Part shown: positions 1 through 9,071 of the stretch, piece by piece
How positions within the stretch are numbered: the stretch's first letter is position 1
Layout of the letters: each line of letters begins with the position of its first letter
From: Nostoc punctiforme PCC 73102
Lineage (GTDB): Bacteria > Cyanobacteriota > Cyanobacteriia > Cyanobacteriales > Nostocaceae
Direction: 5' to 3'
DNA: 32,000 bases
Assembly (NCBI RefSeq): GCF_000020025.1
Contig: NC_010628.1
Coordinates: 6,450,001-6,482,000, forward strand
Position numbers and translations under genes: made by a program
The notes under the pieces: model-generated
Told to the model about the DNA's origin: nothing
Databases searched by the model: none
What the model saw: only the letters and a program-made list of their open reading frames with translations

Positions 1-283
1 CTTTGAGGAGATTTAGTGAGTCTACAAAGAGCGATCGCCTAGTAAAAAAGCTCTGACTGTAAAATATTCTACTAGTAACTTCAGTTAACACAACTAAAAA
101 ACCAGCTACCACAATGTCTAATTCTGCCCGTTGACCAGCTGTAGTGGAAACTGCGTTTCCCAGAAAAAAACCAAACAAAAAACTAATTATCAGCAACGAT
201 AATCGCCGCCAAGGATTTAAAAACCATTGCCCCAAGCGTGTAGCAATGGCATCCAACAAGTTATTCAGACGAGTGTTTTGCAT
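1..283 (-). CDS. DUF565/Ycf20-like small membrane protein (5' part only; the gene runs off the left edge)
   Basis: Absent from the ORF track because it is truncated by the window edge. A reverse-strand ATG at 283-281 opens a frame that stays open to position 1: MQNTRLNNLLDAIATRLGQWFLNPWRRLSLLIISFLFGFFLGNAVSTTAGQRAELDIVVAGFLVVLTEVTSRIFY...DSLNLLK. The NPWRR motif, the hydrophobic GFFLG helix and the LNxxK tail fit my memory of the Ycf20/DUF565 family. Confidence 0.5.
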   Translation of the reverse strand, partial: MQNTRLNNLLDAIATRLGQWFLNPWRRLSLLIISFLFGFFLGNAVSTTAGQRAELDIVVAGFLVVLTEVTSRIFYSQSFFTRRSLFVDSLNLLK

Positions 284-834
284 CAGATAGACTTCTGGGA
301 AAAAGTCAAGATATCTTGAAATATCTTTATATTATTAAAAAATATATTGGTTGTAGCCTAAGCTTATTTGTTAATATTATAGATATATGCTGGGTTTCCA
401 GCGTTGATTTAAATTTCACATCCTATCATCTTTAAGGAAGCACAAGCGGTTTCAAGGCTGCTTGTTCTAACCCAAGATGAAATATATTTATCATCTGGAC
501 TGGCAAAAGACACTTTGTTGTCTGTGCTAGTATTCTCACGATATTTTTATTTTTCTATACAAATACATTAGCTGGTTCGGTATCTAATTTTCTTGTTTTT
601 ATCCAAGCCTACGGTTAATACACAAAGCAATTAGTGTCTGTAACTGTTGTTTTTCAGTCATCAATGAAATAATTCCGTCCAAATATTTTCTACCCAAAAT
701 GATATTTATAATACATTGATGTGTCTAATCTGAATAAAATCTATCTTAAGCTACTTTTTATAATTGCCTTTCGTGATAATAGGCTACTATTTGGTCAAGC
801 CTAGACAAAATATTTATTTCTAAAAACTATCAAT

Positions 835-1458
835 ATGAAATCTTTAGTGTATCGTAACGTCGGTGTTACAGCTTGTTGCTTGGGACTACTTGTTACTCTG
901 GTGGGATGCTTTGGAGTGAGTGTATCCTTGGAGTCCACAAACCCAGATACATCTTCACAACTGCCAACTGAAACTCAAGAGTGGGAGACAACTTCCTCTA
1001 AACCTGTTTCACCTGAAAAAAGCATTTCCGCTAATCTATCTACTCCAACCAATAAAGTAGAACATAGTAGTAAAGAAAATACTTATCCTGTCTTAGCAGA
1101 GCGTGATAAATCAGCAACCAAAGCTAAGAATCAAGGGACTTTGCGGATGAGTAATCAAACAAATCAACCTGTACGCCTGACTCTACTGGCGCGACAGTCG
1201 GTAGCAAAAGGCTCTGGTACCAAACAGACTCAATATGATGTACCGGCACATTGGGATTTTGCTCCCCAAGAAGGTAGTGAGAAGGGACTGGTTCTATCCC
1301 TACCTCAGAATAATTTAAAGCTGGAAAAGGGAGATATTTTAGTTGCCTTCGCAGAAGATGGCTCCCGTCGTTATTGGGGTCCCTATGTTGTCGGTGAAAC
1401 TCAATTACCTAAATGGAATTCCCAAAACAGAGAATGGCAACTAGTGCTGAGTCCATAA
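835..1458 (+). CDS. Hypothetical secreted lipoprotein
   Basis: 207-aa ORF. The N-terminal hydrophobic signal ends in a lipobox-like LVGC. A Ser/Thr/Pro-rich linker follows, then a globular C-terminal half. I recognise no family. Confidence 0.6.
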   Translation: MKSLVYRNVGVTACCLGLLVTLVGCFGVSVSLESTNPDTSSQLPTETQEWETTSSKPVSPEKSISANLSTPTNKVEHSSKENTYPVLAERDKSATKAKNQGTLRMSNQTNQPVRLTLLARQSVAKGSGTKQTQYDVPAHWDFAPQEGSEKGLVLSLPQNNLKLEKGDILVAFAEDGSRRYWGPYVVGETQLPKWNSQNREWQLVLSP

Positions 1459-1528
1459 TCTATAGCAATCAGAATTGAATTTTCTGTTTGAAAATGCGCT
1501 TATTAAGAGTTATGAAAAACTACAACCT

Positions 1529-1555
1529 GTAGGAGCAATTTATGTATTGCCCTAC
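1529..1555. repeat. Small GC-rich hairpin of the dispersed Nostoc type (gtaggagcaat...attgccctac)
   Basis: Inverted repeat gtagg(a)gcaat / attgccctac read directly. It resembles the small dispersed hairpin repeats common in Nostocales intergenic DNA. Confidence 0.45.
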
Positions 1556-1850
1556 GTAAATCAAGCACAGCTTCAAATAGAATCGATATTAGGATTGCTA
1601 AATAGTTACCATAGATAACTTTTGCATTTAGTCTTGTAGATTGACTTTTGTTTCATTTATTTTTACTATTAAACCCCATTATGGTATAGGGCTAGAGTAA
1701 ATACGCTCATCTGATGTTGCTAATAAATAGAGCAATCGGGGCAATCTCGGAAAAACAACTTATTAAGCGTGCTCATTACATTGTTTGAAGTTATGTAGCC
1801 TTTTGATTACGGCCTATCAAACACTGCGGTAAACTATGCGTTGATTATGA

Positions 1851-2138
<288 letters not shown>

Positions 2139-2148
2139 AAAGCTGGTG

Positions 2149-2229
2149 CCGAGTGCTGAGTGCTGAGACAAAAAGAAGTAAATCAAAAAAACTAATTTCT
2201 TGATTCTTCACTCAGAACTCGGAACTCGG
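2149..2229 (+). terminator. Long heptamer-repeat stem-loop 3' of psaC (probable terminator or mRNA-stabilising structure)
   Basis: ccgagtgctgagtgctgag (2149-2167) pairs with ctcagaactcggaactcgg (2211-2229). That gives 19 positions with 2 mismatches and 1 G-U, around an A-rich loop of about 43 nt. Both arms are built from 7-nt tandem units. Confidence 0.55.
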
Positions 2230-2434
2230 AACTCAAGACTTTGAAGTGTGTCAATATCAAGCACCTTTAGCATCGTAGAGTGGACACTACCTGCTTTACG
2301 AAATTTTAATTTTAGATTGGGGATAAAAATCTCTGGGTACTTAAATCCTAGAAGCGTATTTGTACTGTCAGGTCAAAAGCTGACTGTGAATCTGCTTTAA
2401 AAGCCCAAAATCCATAACAATACCTAGTGGTAGA

Positions 2435-2458
2435 GGGAGTAATATTACTCCCTTTTTT
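2435..2458 (+). terminator. Rho-independent terminator (gggagtaat/attactccc followed by T6)
   Basis: Perfect 9-bp palindromic stem at 2435-2452, immediately followed by tttttt at 2453-2458. The T-run follows the stem only on the + strand. Confidence 0.7.
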
Positions 2459-2530
2459 CTTTGCAAAACGTCGAGTTTGTGCTAAACACTATACTGGATT
2501 TAATTATCCTGAAAAAAAGCGGTGTGAACA

Positions 2531-4411
2531 ATGTGCGGAATCGTTGGATATATAGGCACTCAAGCGGCGACAGACATTTTATTGGCTGGGCTGGAAAAAC
2601 TAGAGTACAGGGGCTACGATTCTGCTGGAATCGCCACTGTTTGGGAAGGTGAAGTTAATTGTGTACGGGCAAAGGGCAAACTGCATAACCTACGCTCTAA
2701 ACTAGAACAAATAGAAGCTCCTGCCCAGATTGGTATTGGTCACACTCGGTGGGCAACTCATGGTAAGCCAGAAGAATACAACGCCCATCCCCATTTAGAT
2801 ACGGCAAAGCGAGTGGCGGTGGTGCAAAATGGCATTATCGAAAATTACCGCGACTTACGCGAAGAACTCAAAGCAAAAGGACACCAGTTCGTTTCTGAAA
2901 CTGATACTGAAGTAATTCCCCATCTCATAGCCGAATTTTTAAAGAATATTTCCCCCTCATCTTCCTCATCTCCCTTCTTGGAGGCAGTTCGCCAAGCTGT
3001 TAACCACTTACATGGGGCATTTGCGATCGCAGTTATTTCTGCTGACTACCCCGATGAATTGATTGTTGTCCGTCAACAAGCGCCTTTGGTAATTGGTTTT
3101 GGGCAAGGGGAATTCTTTTGTGCATCTGACACGCCAGCGATCGTTGCCTACACCCGTGCGGTGCTACCTTTAGAAAATGGCGAAATTGCCCGTCTCACTC
3201 CTTTAGGCGTTGAGATTTACAATTTTGCTGGCGATAGGTTGAAAAAACAACCCCGGCTGCTTAACTTCAATCCTGCAATGGTAGAAAAGCAGGGATTCAA
3301 ACACTTCATGCTCAAAGAAATTCATGAGCAACCAGGAGTAGTAAGAGCTAGTTTAGATGCTTACTTTAATCCAGCCGAATCTACCGAATCGCCAATCAAT
3401 CTTGGTTTACCTGCGGATTTATACAACGATTTAGAACAAATTCAGATCCTCGCCTGTGGTACCAGTTGGCACGCAGCATTAATCGGAAAATATTTAATCG
3501 AACAATTAGCAGAAATTTCAACTCAAGTACATTACGCTTCTGAATATCGCTATGCACCATCACCCGTGACGGCTAACACGTTGATTATCGGTGTTACCCA
3601 ATCAGGCGAAACAGCCGATACTCTAGCAGCTTTGACGATGGAAAAAGAACGTCGCCAAGGGAGAGAACCTAAATATCAAGCGCGACTACTGGGTATTACT
3701 AATCGCCCCGAAAGCAGCCTTGGTCATCTAGTGCCCCATGTCATCAGTACCTTAGCGGGAATTGAAATTGGGGTAGCGGCGACAAAAACTTTTACTGCTC
3801 AACTGATGGCATTTTATGCTTTGGCATTGGATTTAGCCGCCCGTCGTCAGACCGTTTCAAAAGACACATTAGATAAAATTATTAACGGGTTGCGGCAGAT
3901 TCCCAAAGAAATTGAGGCAACTTTGGAAAGTCAGGAACGTTTAACTGAACAGCTAGCCCATGAATTCGCCGAAACCCAAGATTTCATTTTTGTGGGAAGA
4001 GGAATTAACTTCCCTATTGCTTTAGAAGGGGCGTTGAAATTAAAAGAAATCAGCTATATTCACGCCGAAGGTTATCCGGCTGGAGAGATGAAGCATGGCC
4101 CGATCGCACTTTTAGATGCGAAAGTACCAGTAGTTGCGATCGCAATTCCTGGTAGTGTGTACGAAAAGGTTATTTCTAATGCCCAGGAAGCCAAAGCTAG
4201 AGATTCTCGCTTAATTGGCGTGACTCCTGTCAACGATGGCGAAGCTGCGGAAATCTTTAACGATCTTCTTCCCATCTCTCATGTAGAAGAATTACTTTCT
4301 CCGATTTTGACAGTAGTTCCCCTGCAATTATTGGCTTATCACATTGCCGCCCGTCGCGGTTTGGATGTCGATCAGCCTCGTAACCTTGCTAAAAGTGTTA
4401 CTGTAGAATAG
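2531..4411 (+). CDS. glmS: Glutamine--fructose-6-phosphate aminotransferase (isomerising)
   Basis: 626 aa. It has the N-terminal MCGIVGY Ntn-amidotransferase nucleophile, two SIS-domain regions (GTSWHA, GVTQSGETADT) and the canonical C-terminal KSVTVE. Confidence 0.97.
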   Translation: MCGIVGYIGTQAATDILLAGLEKLEYRGYDSAGIATVWEGEVNCVRAKGKLHNLRSKLEQIEAPAQIGIGHTRWATHGKPEEYNAHPHLDTAKRVAVVQNGIIENYRDLREELKAKGHQFVSETDTEVIPHLIAEFLKNISPSSSSSPFLEAVRQAVNHLHGAFAIAVISADYPDELIVVRQQAPLVIGFGQGEFFCASDTPAIVAYTRAVLPLENGEIARLTPLGVEIYNFAGDRLKKQPRLLNFNPAMVEKQGFKHFMLKEIHEQPGVVRASLDAYFNPAESTESPINLGLPADLYNDLEQIQILACGTSWHAALIGKYLIEQLAEISTQVHYASEYRYAPSPVTANTLIIGVTQSGETADTLAALTMEKERRQGREPKYQARLLGITNRPESSLGHLVPHVISTLAGIEIGVAATKTFTAQLMAFYALALDLAARRQTVSKDTLDKIINGLRQIPKEIEATLESQERLTEQLAHEFAETQDFIFVGRGINFPIALEGALKLKEISYIHAEGYPAGEMKHGPIALLDAKVPVVAIAIPGSVYEKVISNAQEAKARDSRLIGVTPVNDGEAAEIFNDLLPISHVEELLSPILTVVPLQLLAYHIAARRGLDVDQPRNLAKSVTVE

Positions 4412-4440
4412 TATAATTTTATACTTGGCATCAATGTATA

Positions 4441-4482
4441 ATGGCTTCTGAAGAAGTTCTATGGCTTGCAGAAGCCATTTTT
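4441..4482 (+). terminator. Rho-independent terminator after glmS
   Basis: atggcttctg (4441-4450) pairs perfectly with cagaagccat (4469-4478) and is followed by a T-run (tttt g t). Confidence 0.65.
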
Positions 4483-4676
4483 GTGGCAATGAATTATAAG
4501 TATAATATATTTATCACTACTTAAGTAAGTATTCGCTGGATTTGCAGTAAAGGGTAAAATTATCCAAATGCGATCGCAAAAACCCGAATGTATATTTTTA
4601 CAACGTCTTTATACTACAGACAAGTCTGTAAAAATTTGAACCGATAACATCCAAGTTAATTACATCTACCAACATT

Positions 4677-6350
4677 ATGAGTGAAATCCACCTACGTCAA
4701 ATAAAGTCATACCTTCAAAAAACATTTAATGGTTTGATTGACTTATCAGATTACCAAAATAAATCTGAAACAGACAGAGAGTTAATTTTTTTAACAAGAA
4801 GTCTAGCTGCATTTACTTTGATGGTTTTAGCTGATATCTCTCCTCAAGAAGCATCAAAGTCGATAATTGATGGTGGACAGGATAATGGAATAGATTCGCT
4901 TTATTTTGACAGGCGAGAAAAAATAATGTATGTATTACAGTCAAAATGGAAGCAAGACAGTAAAGGTAGTGTTAAAACAGATGAGGTAATGAAATTTACT
5001 AGAGGTTTTAAAGACTTGGTAAATGCTAGATATGACAGATTCAACTCAAAATTTAATAATAAAACTCTAGATATTGAAGAAGCGTTGAATGATGCAGGAA
5101 CAAGATTTGAAATAATTCTTGTCTATTCAGGTCAAACTCCCTTAGCAGATGAACCAAAAAGAGAATTGGATGATCTATTAGGTGAGATGAACGATTCATC
5201 AGATATTGTTAGTATGAGAGTTTATAATCAGGCAAATATATATAATATTATATCTCAAGGAGCATCTGGCAATCCTATAAATTTAGATGTTTGCCTGTTT
5301 GAGTGGGGACAAACAAAAGAACCCTATCAATCATATTATGGACAAGTATCTGCTAGGGAAGTAGCTGATTGGTGGACTAAACATTCTCCTAAATTGTTCT
5401 CTTCAAATATTAGGCTTTTTGTAAAAGATAGTGAAGTTAATGAAGGTATTATCAATACACTAAAAAAAGAACCGGAAAAATTTTGGTATTATAACAATGG
5501 CATAACAGCTTTGTGTTCTAGTATTGGGAAAAAACCGCTTGGCGGTAGTGGAAGAGACACGGGCATATTTGAATGTAAAGATGTCAAAGTAGTTAATGGC
5601 GCTCAGACTGTTGGATCGATAGCAAGAGCATATCAAAATTCTCCTGAGCAAGTTGAAAAAGCAAGAGTTCTTATTCGTTTTATCTCCTTAGAAAATTGTC
5701 CTGAAGAATTTGCTACAGAAATTACTCGATTCAACAATACTCAGAACCGAATTGATCGTCGAGAATTTGTAGCTCTCGATCCAGATCAAGAAAGAATAAA
5801 AAATGAACTTCACTTAGAAGGAATTATTTATACTTATAAGTCAGGTGAATCAATCCCAGATGGAGAAAAAGGTTTTGATTTAAATGAAGCTACAATTAGT
5901 CGAGCGTGCAAACAGAATGAAGTTTCTTTCGCCACGCGAGTTAAAGATAAAATTGGTGTTTTATGGGAAGATATAGAAAAACCTCCATACAAAACTCTCT
6001 TTAATAGATCAGTAAATGGTTCTAACCTTTGGAAATTAGTTCAAATCTTAAGAGTAGTAGAGAATAAATTATCAGAAGTACAAAAACAACGAGATGGAAG
6101 AGAAAAGTTATTTGCTACTCATAGTAATCGTCTCATACTACACCTGGTTTATAAAGCCTTACCAGAGAATTTTTTTAGCATATCATCTGATTTAACCCCA
6201 GTACAAATTGATGATATTCAATCCATGACCTCAGAGTTTTTGGGTAGTATTATGAGTGAAAGTAGCAACCTATTCCCAACTTCCTATCCGGCAAATATAT
6301 TCAGAAATGTCACAAAATGCCAGGAAATTGTGGAAAAAATTTTAAATTGA
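4677..6350 (+). CDS. AIPR-family (abortive-infection phage-resistance-like) protein with an N-terminal Mrr-type PD-(D/E)xK-like motif
   Basis: 557 aa. The N-terminal IIDGGQDNGIDSLYFDRREKIMYVLQSKW resembles the D-x-G-I-D ... Q-x-K core of Mrr-like nucleases. The central YYNNGITALC and VVNGAQTVGS motifs match my memory of the AIPR domain (PF10592). The gene is visibly more AT-rich than glmS. Confidence 0.6.
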   Translation: MSEIHLRQIKSYLQKTFNGLIDLSDYQNKSETDRELIFLTRSLAAFTLMVLADISPQEASKSIIDGGQDNGIDSLYFDRREKIMYVLQSKWKQDSKGSVKTDEVMKFTRGFKDLVNARYDRFNSKFNNKTLDIEEALNDAGTRFEIILVYSGQTPLADEPKRELDDLLGEMNDSSDIVSMRVYNQANIYNIISQGASGNPINLDVCLFEWGQTKEPYQSYYGQVSAREVADWWTKHSPKLFSSNIRLFVKDSEVNEGIINTLKKEPEKFWYYNNGITALCSSIGKKPLGGSGRDTGIFECKDVKVVNGAQTVGSIARAYQNSPEQVEKARVLIRFISLENCPEEFATEITRFNNTQNRIDRREFVALDPDQERIKNELHLEGIIYTYKSGESIPDGEKGFDLNEATISRACKQNEVSFATRVKDKIGVLWEDIEKPPYKTLFNRSVNGSNLWKLVQILRVVENKLSEVQKQRDGREKLFATHSNRLILHLVYKALPENFFSISSDLTPVQIDDIQSMTSEFLGSIMSESSNLFPTSYPANIFRNVTKCQEIVEKILN

Positions 6351-6453
6351 GGAGAATTACTGCGATCGCATCCCTCGCAAACTCAGGCTGTTGATTCAGC
6401 TTTGCACTTGGAATGCGATCGCACTCAATTAACGATCCCATCAAGGTCTATAA

Positions 6454-7749
6454 TTATTGATTTTGATTATTTGAGACTACAGTACTAGTTTTGTCATTTT
6501 CTAGTTCTCTCATTAGAGAATCAAAACCACTAGCATTGTTTCCACCTTTAGACAATAAAGACTGAATTTTATTTATTATTGCACTCATATTGTCAGAGAA
6601 AAATCTACCAAGATTATTCACAAAGTTTTTCAGTTTCTCAAATATACTAATTTCTACAGTTGAGTACTTATTCACAATTGGATATACAACTTTTCCTTTT
6701 TCTGTTTCATAGTACTCTTGTTCAGGCATCAACATAGATGTAAGTGGTTGCACCTGTTTTGCCATATCTGCTTCAGTTCGTTTATGGCTGAGAAATAAAA
6801 CATCGTAAACCTTTCCGTTCCAGCTAGCCCAATAATGGTTTTGGAAAAACCACCGCTTACCATCATCACAATTAGGCTTTTTGCCTTGGTATGGTGTAAC
6901 TCCAGCTTCACTCAAAAAAGGTTTGGCAATGCTTTCAACTGTTATTTTCTCGATGCCAAAATATTCTTCTGCAACTTTTTTAAATGCACGGGCTAATGTC
7001 TGACAATCTCCTTCTGGAGAGCCTTTCAAGAGAGTTTCTTGGCTCTTGCTCACCATTGTGTATTGAAATTGGATATTGCCAAAGTTTTTGAATAGTTGTT
7101 CCAGGATTTTATCTTCTGGTAATGTGTCGTCTATACTATTTACTAGTGTTTTGGCTAGTGAGTAATCTTGTAAAAATTTTTGTTTTTTATCTGCTGAGTT
7201 ATTTGCTGCTAATATTCCTTCAGAGCTTGCTTGGATGTTTCTGCTACCTGCTAAGGTCGTCTGCTGTCCTTCTTGGTTTTGCAAAGTAGCTGCATTAAGT
7301 TGGCTGACAACAGAAGTAGCTACTCTATCAGCTTCTTGCTCATACCGATCTCCTGGTTGGCCAACAGTGAGTTTTGGCTGTATTAGTGGTTCCTGAAGGG
7401 GTTGCATTTGTGCCAGCGATACAGTATCAGCACGTTTGATCGCCATTTTGTCAATGTTATGACCAAACTGAAAAGAGTGTTCCTTCCCTTGCTGCAACGA
7501 CTCATTCATTTTTGCCTGTAATACAGTGAGTCGTTCCTGTCCGTCTGGCGTGATCGTGCCATGCTTGGCTTGGATTTGGAGTTTTGTTGCCTCAAATTGA
7601 TACTCTTGAAATTTCTGATTCTCTACTTTTGCCTGTACTATAGGCTTCTTGGAGCCAAGTTGAGAGTGAGTAGTTAAAAGGTGCTGACCTTGCTCTGACT
7701 TAGAAGCGGATGAGTCAGCTTTTTTGTGGATTTGTAGCCGTTCTTTCAT
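6454..7749 (-). CDS. DUF4157-leader protein with a putative Cys-His-Asp (papain/transglutaminase-like) C-terminal effector domain
   Basis: The ORF track starts at a TTG (7761); I prefer the ATG at 7749 (MKERLQIHKK...). LTVGQPGDRYEQEADRVATSVVSQL is the signature motif of DUF4157, the eCIS-associated toxin leader. Downstream come GDCQTLARAF, about 57 aa later FQNHYWASW, then GKVYDVLF. Confidence 0.6.
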   Translation of the reverse strand: MKERLQIHKKADSSASKSEQGQHLLTTHSQLGSKKPIVQAKVENQKFQEYQFEATKLQIQAKHGTITPDGQERLTVLQAKMNESLQQGKEHSFQFGHNIDKMAIKRADTVSLAQMQPLQEPLIQPKLTVGQPGDRYEQEADRVATSVVSQLNAATLQNQEGQQTTLAGSRNIQASSEGILAANNSADKKQKFLQDYSLAKTLVNSIDDTLPEDKILEQLFKNFGNIQFQYTMVSKSQETLLKGSPEGDCQTLARAFKKVAEEYFGIEKITVESIAKPFLSEAGVTPYQGKKPNCDDGKRWFFQNHYWASWNGKVYDVLFLSHKRTEADMAKQVQPLTSMLMPEQEYYETEKGKVVYPIVNKYSTVEISIFEKLKNFVNNLGRFFSDNMSAIINKIQSLLSKGGNNASGFDSLMRELENDKTSTVVSNNQNQ

Positions 7750-7963
7750 CGCTGGTTTCAAAAGTCAATAGTGGTTAATCTATATATTATGTCACTTCAG
7801 ATTGCTTGATTACTTATACTTAAGTCAAATACTGTTAAAACGTATCATCCATTTTTTCTACAAGACTGACGCAAACCATAGCTAAAACCTTCATTTTCAG
7901 CTAAGAGCAATTCATGTAGACGCAAAGTCTCTTCCCGCAGGGTATTGCCCAGTTTTGCGTCGG

Positions 7964-8884
7964 TTAAGAACGCCGTACATTCAAGCAACACCATTCTTTT
8001 CGTTTCCACAGGGTAGCAACGACCCAACCATTTTGTTCTAAAGCGTCGGCAACAGCTTTAGATTGTTCTAGTAAAATACCACTGAAGATCGCCCAAGTTT
8101 CAGGTTTAGCGATCGCACTCATTTCTGGAATCAACTCAATAATTACATGAGCCAAAATATTGCATACAATACCATCCACTGGTTTCTCAAGCAGTTTTGT
8201 CAAAACATCTACACTTCCCAGTGCTGGTAGTAAACGTTCTGAGCTAATGTCATTTAGGAGACCATTACTGATAGTTGATTGCACCGCTAAAGGGTCATTA
8301 TCTACTGCATAGACTTTTTCGGCTCCCAGTAGCAGCGCTCCAATGGAAAGGATACCAGAACCACAACCAATATCTGCAATTACCAGATGTTTATGTTTGC
8401 CACTATTACCTACAAATGACTGAGGAACTTCACTCAGCCGCATTTCTAGGGATTCCAAACATAGCTGAGTGGTGGCATGGTTGCCCGTACCAAATGCTAC
8501 ACCTGGGTCAAGACGAATTACCAACCGTTCTGTTGTTTCTGGTAATGGTAGCCACGCGGGGTTAATTAGGAAGCGATCGCCGATTTCTTGGGGATGCCAA
8601 TATTGTTTCCAGCTAGTTGCCCAATCTTCCTCATCAATTAACTGCCATTGCAGAGAGGGAGATGAAACTCCTACACAAAGGGCATCTTGACGCAGCCACA
8701 GCGATAGCGCTGCCAAATCTAGTAGCTGTGTTTGAATTGTCGATAAATAAGCCCTAACTAAAGATGAATTTCCTTTGTTTTCACTAGCTGTTCCACGACA
8801 GCCAAAATCTTCCAGTCGCCAAAAGATCGAATCTTCTAGGTCTGGCTCACATAAAATCTGTAGTTCCCACCAGGTGTTTGCCAT
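7964..8884 (-). CDS. prmA: Ribosomal protein L11 methyltransferase
   Basis: 306 aa. It has an [10 protein letters not shown]-type N-terminus, [13 protein letters not shown] and the SAM motif [11 protein letters not shown]. It sits next to serA, as in other cyanobacteria. Confidence 0.9.
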
Positions 8885-9071
8885 CTTTTAGTGCTGAGTG
8901 CTGAGTGCTGAGGAGTGCTGAGTGCTGAGTATGAGAGAGTTATGAGTTTTAAGTTATGAGTTAGGAGTTTTCGTTTTTAACTTTTAACTCCTCACTATTC
9001 ACTCCTAACTTTTCTTGACTCAGCACGGGCTAAACCTTAGCTATCCGCTAACGTTACTCAGCACTCAGAAC
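8885..9071. repeat. Heptamer tandem repeats (gtgctga/tcagcac family) forming a long imperfect hairpin in the serA-prmA spacer
   Basis: tagtgctgagtgctgagtgctgaggagtgctgagtgctgagt at the left end is complementary to actcagcactcagaactca at the right end. The inner aactcct/aggagtt arms also pair. Confidence 0.7.

Noticed and set aside
2230-2530. A glmS ribozyme or riboswitch upstream of glmS
   Set aside because: I see no resemblance to the conserved glmS ribozyme core. That element is characteristic of Gram-positive bacteria, and the structure present is a simple terminator hairpin.
2461-2652. A 63-aa ORF overlapping the glmS start
   Set aside because: It is out of frame with glmS, begins right at the terminator's T-run, and has no recognisable features.
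6357-6385. A motif cgatcgca(t/c)cc(c/t)tcgcaaa found after the AIPR stop and again at 31363-31381, each with a second HIP1 about 55 bp downstream
   Set aside because: There are only two copies, with 2 mismatches, largely made of the HIP1 palindrome itself. That is insufficient to call a repeat family from this window.
7737-7749. A 13-nt string gaaaccagcgatg shared at the start codons of the DUF4157 gene and the Uma2 gene (also at 11267-11279)
   Set aside because: A single 13-mer coincidence is expected by chance among all pairs in 2 x 32 kb, and there is no extended similarity around it.
7845-8027. A 60-aa minus-strand ORF overlapping the 3' end of prmA
   Set aside because: It has a TTG start only, overlaps prmA by 64 nt in another frame, and has no motif I recognise. 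I cannot support it as a gene.
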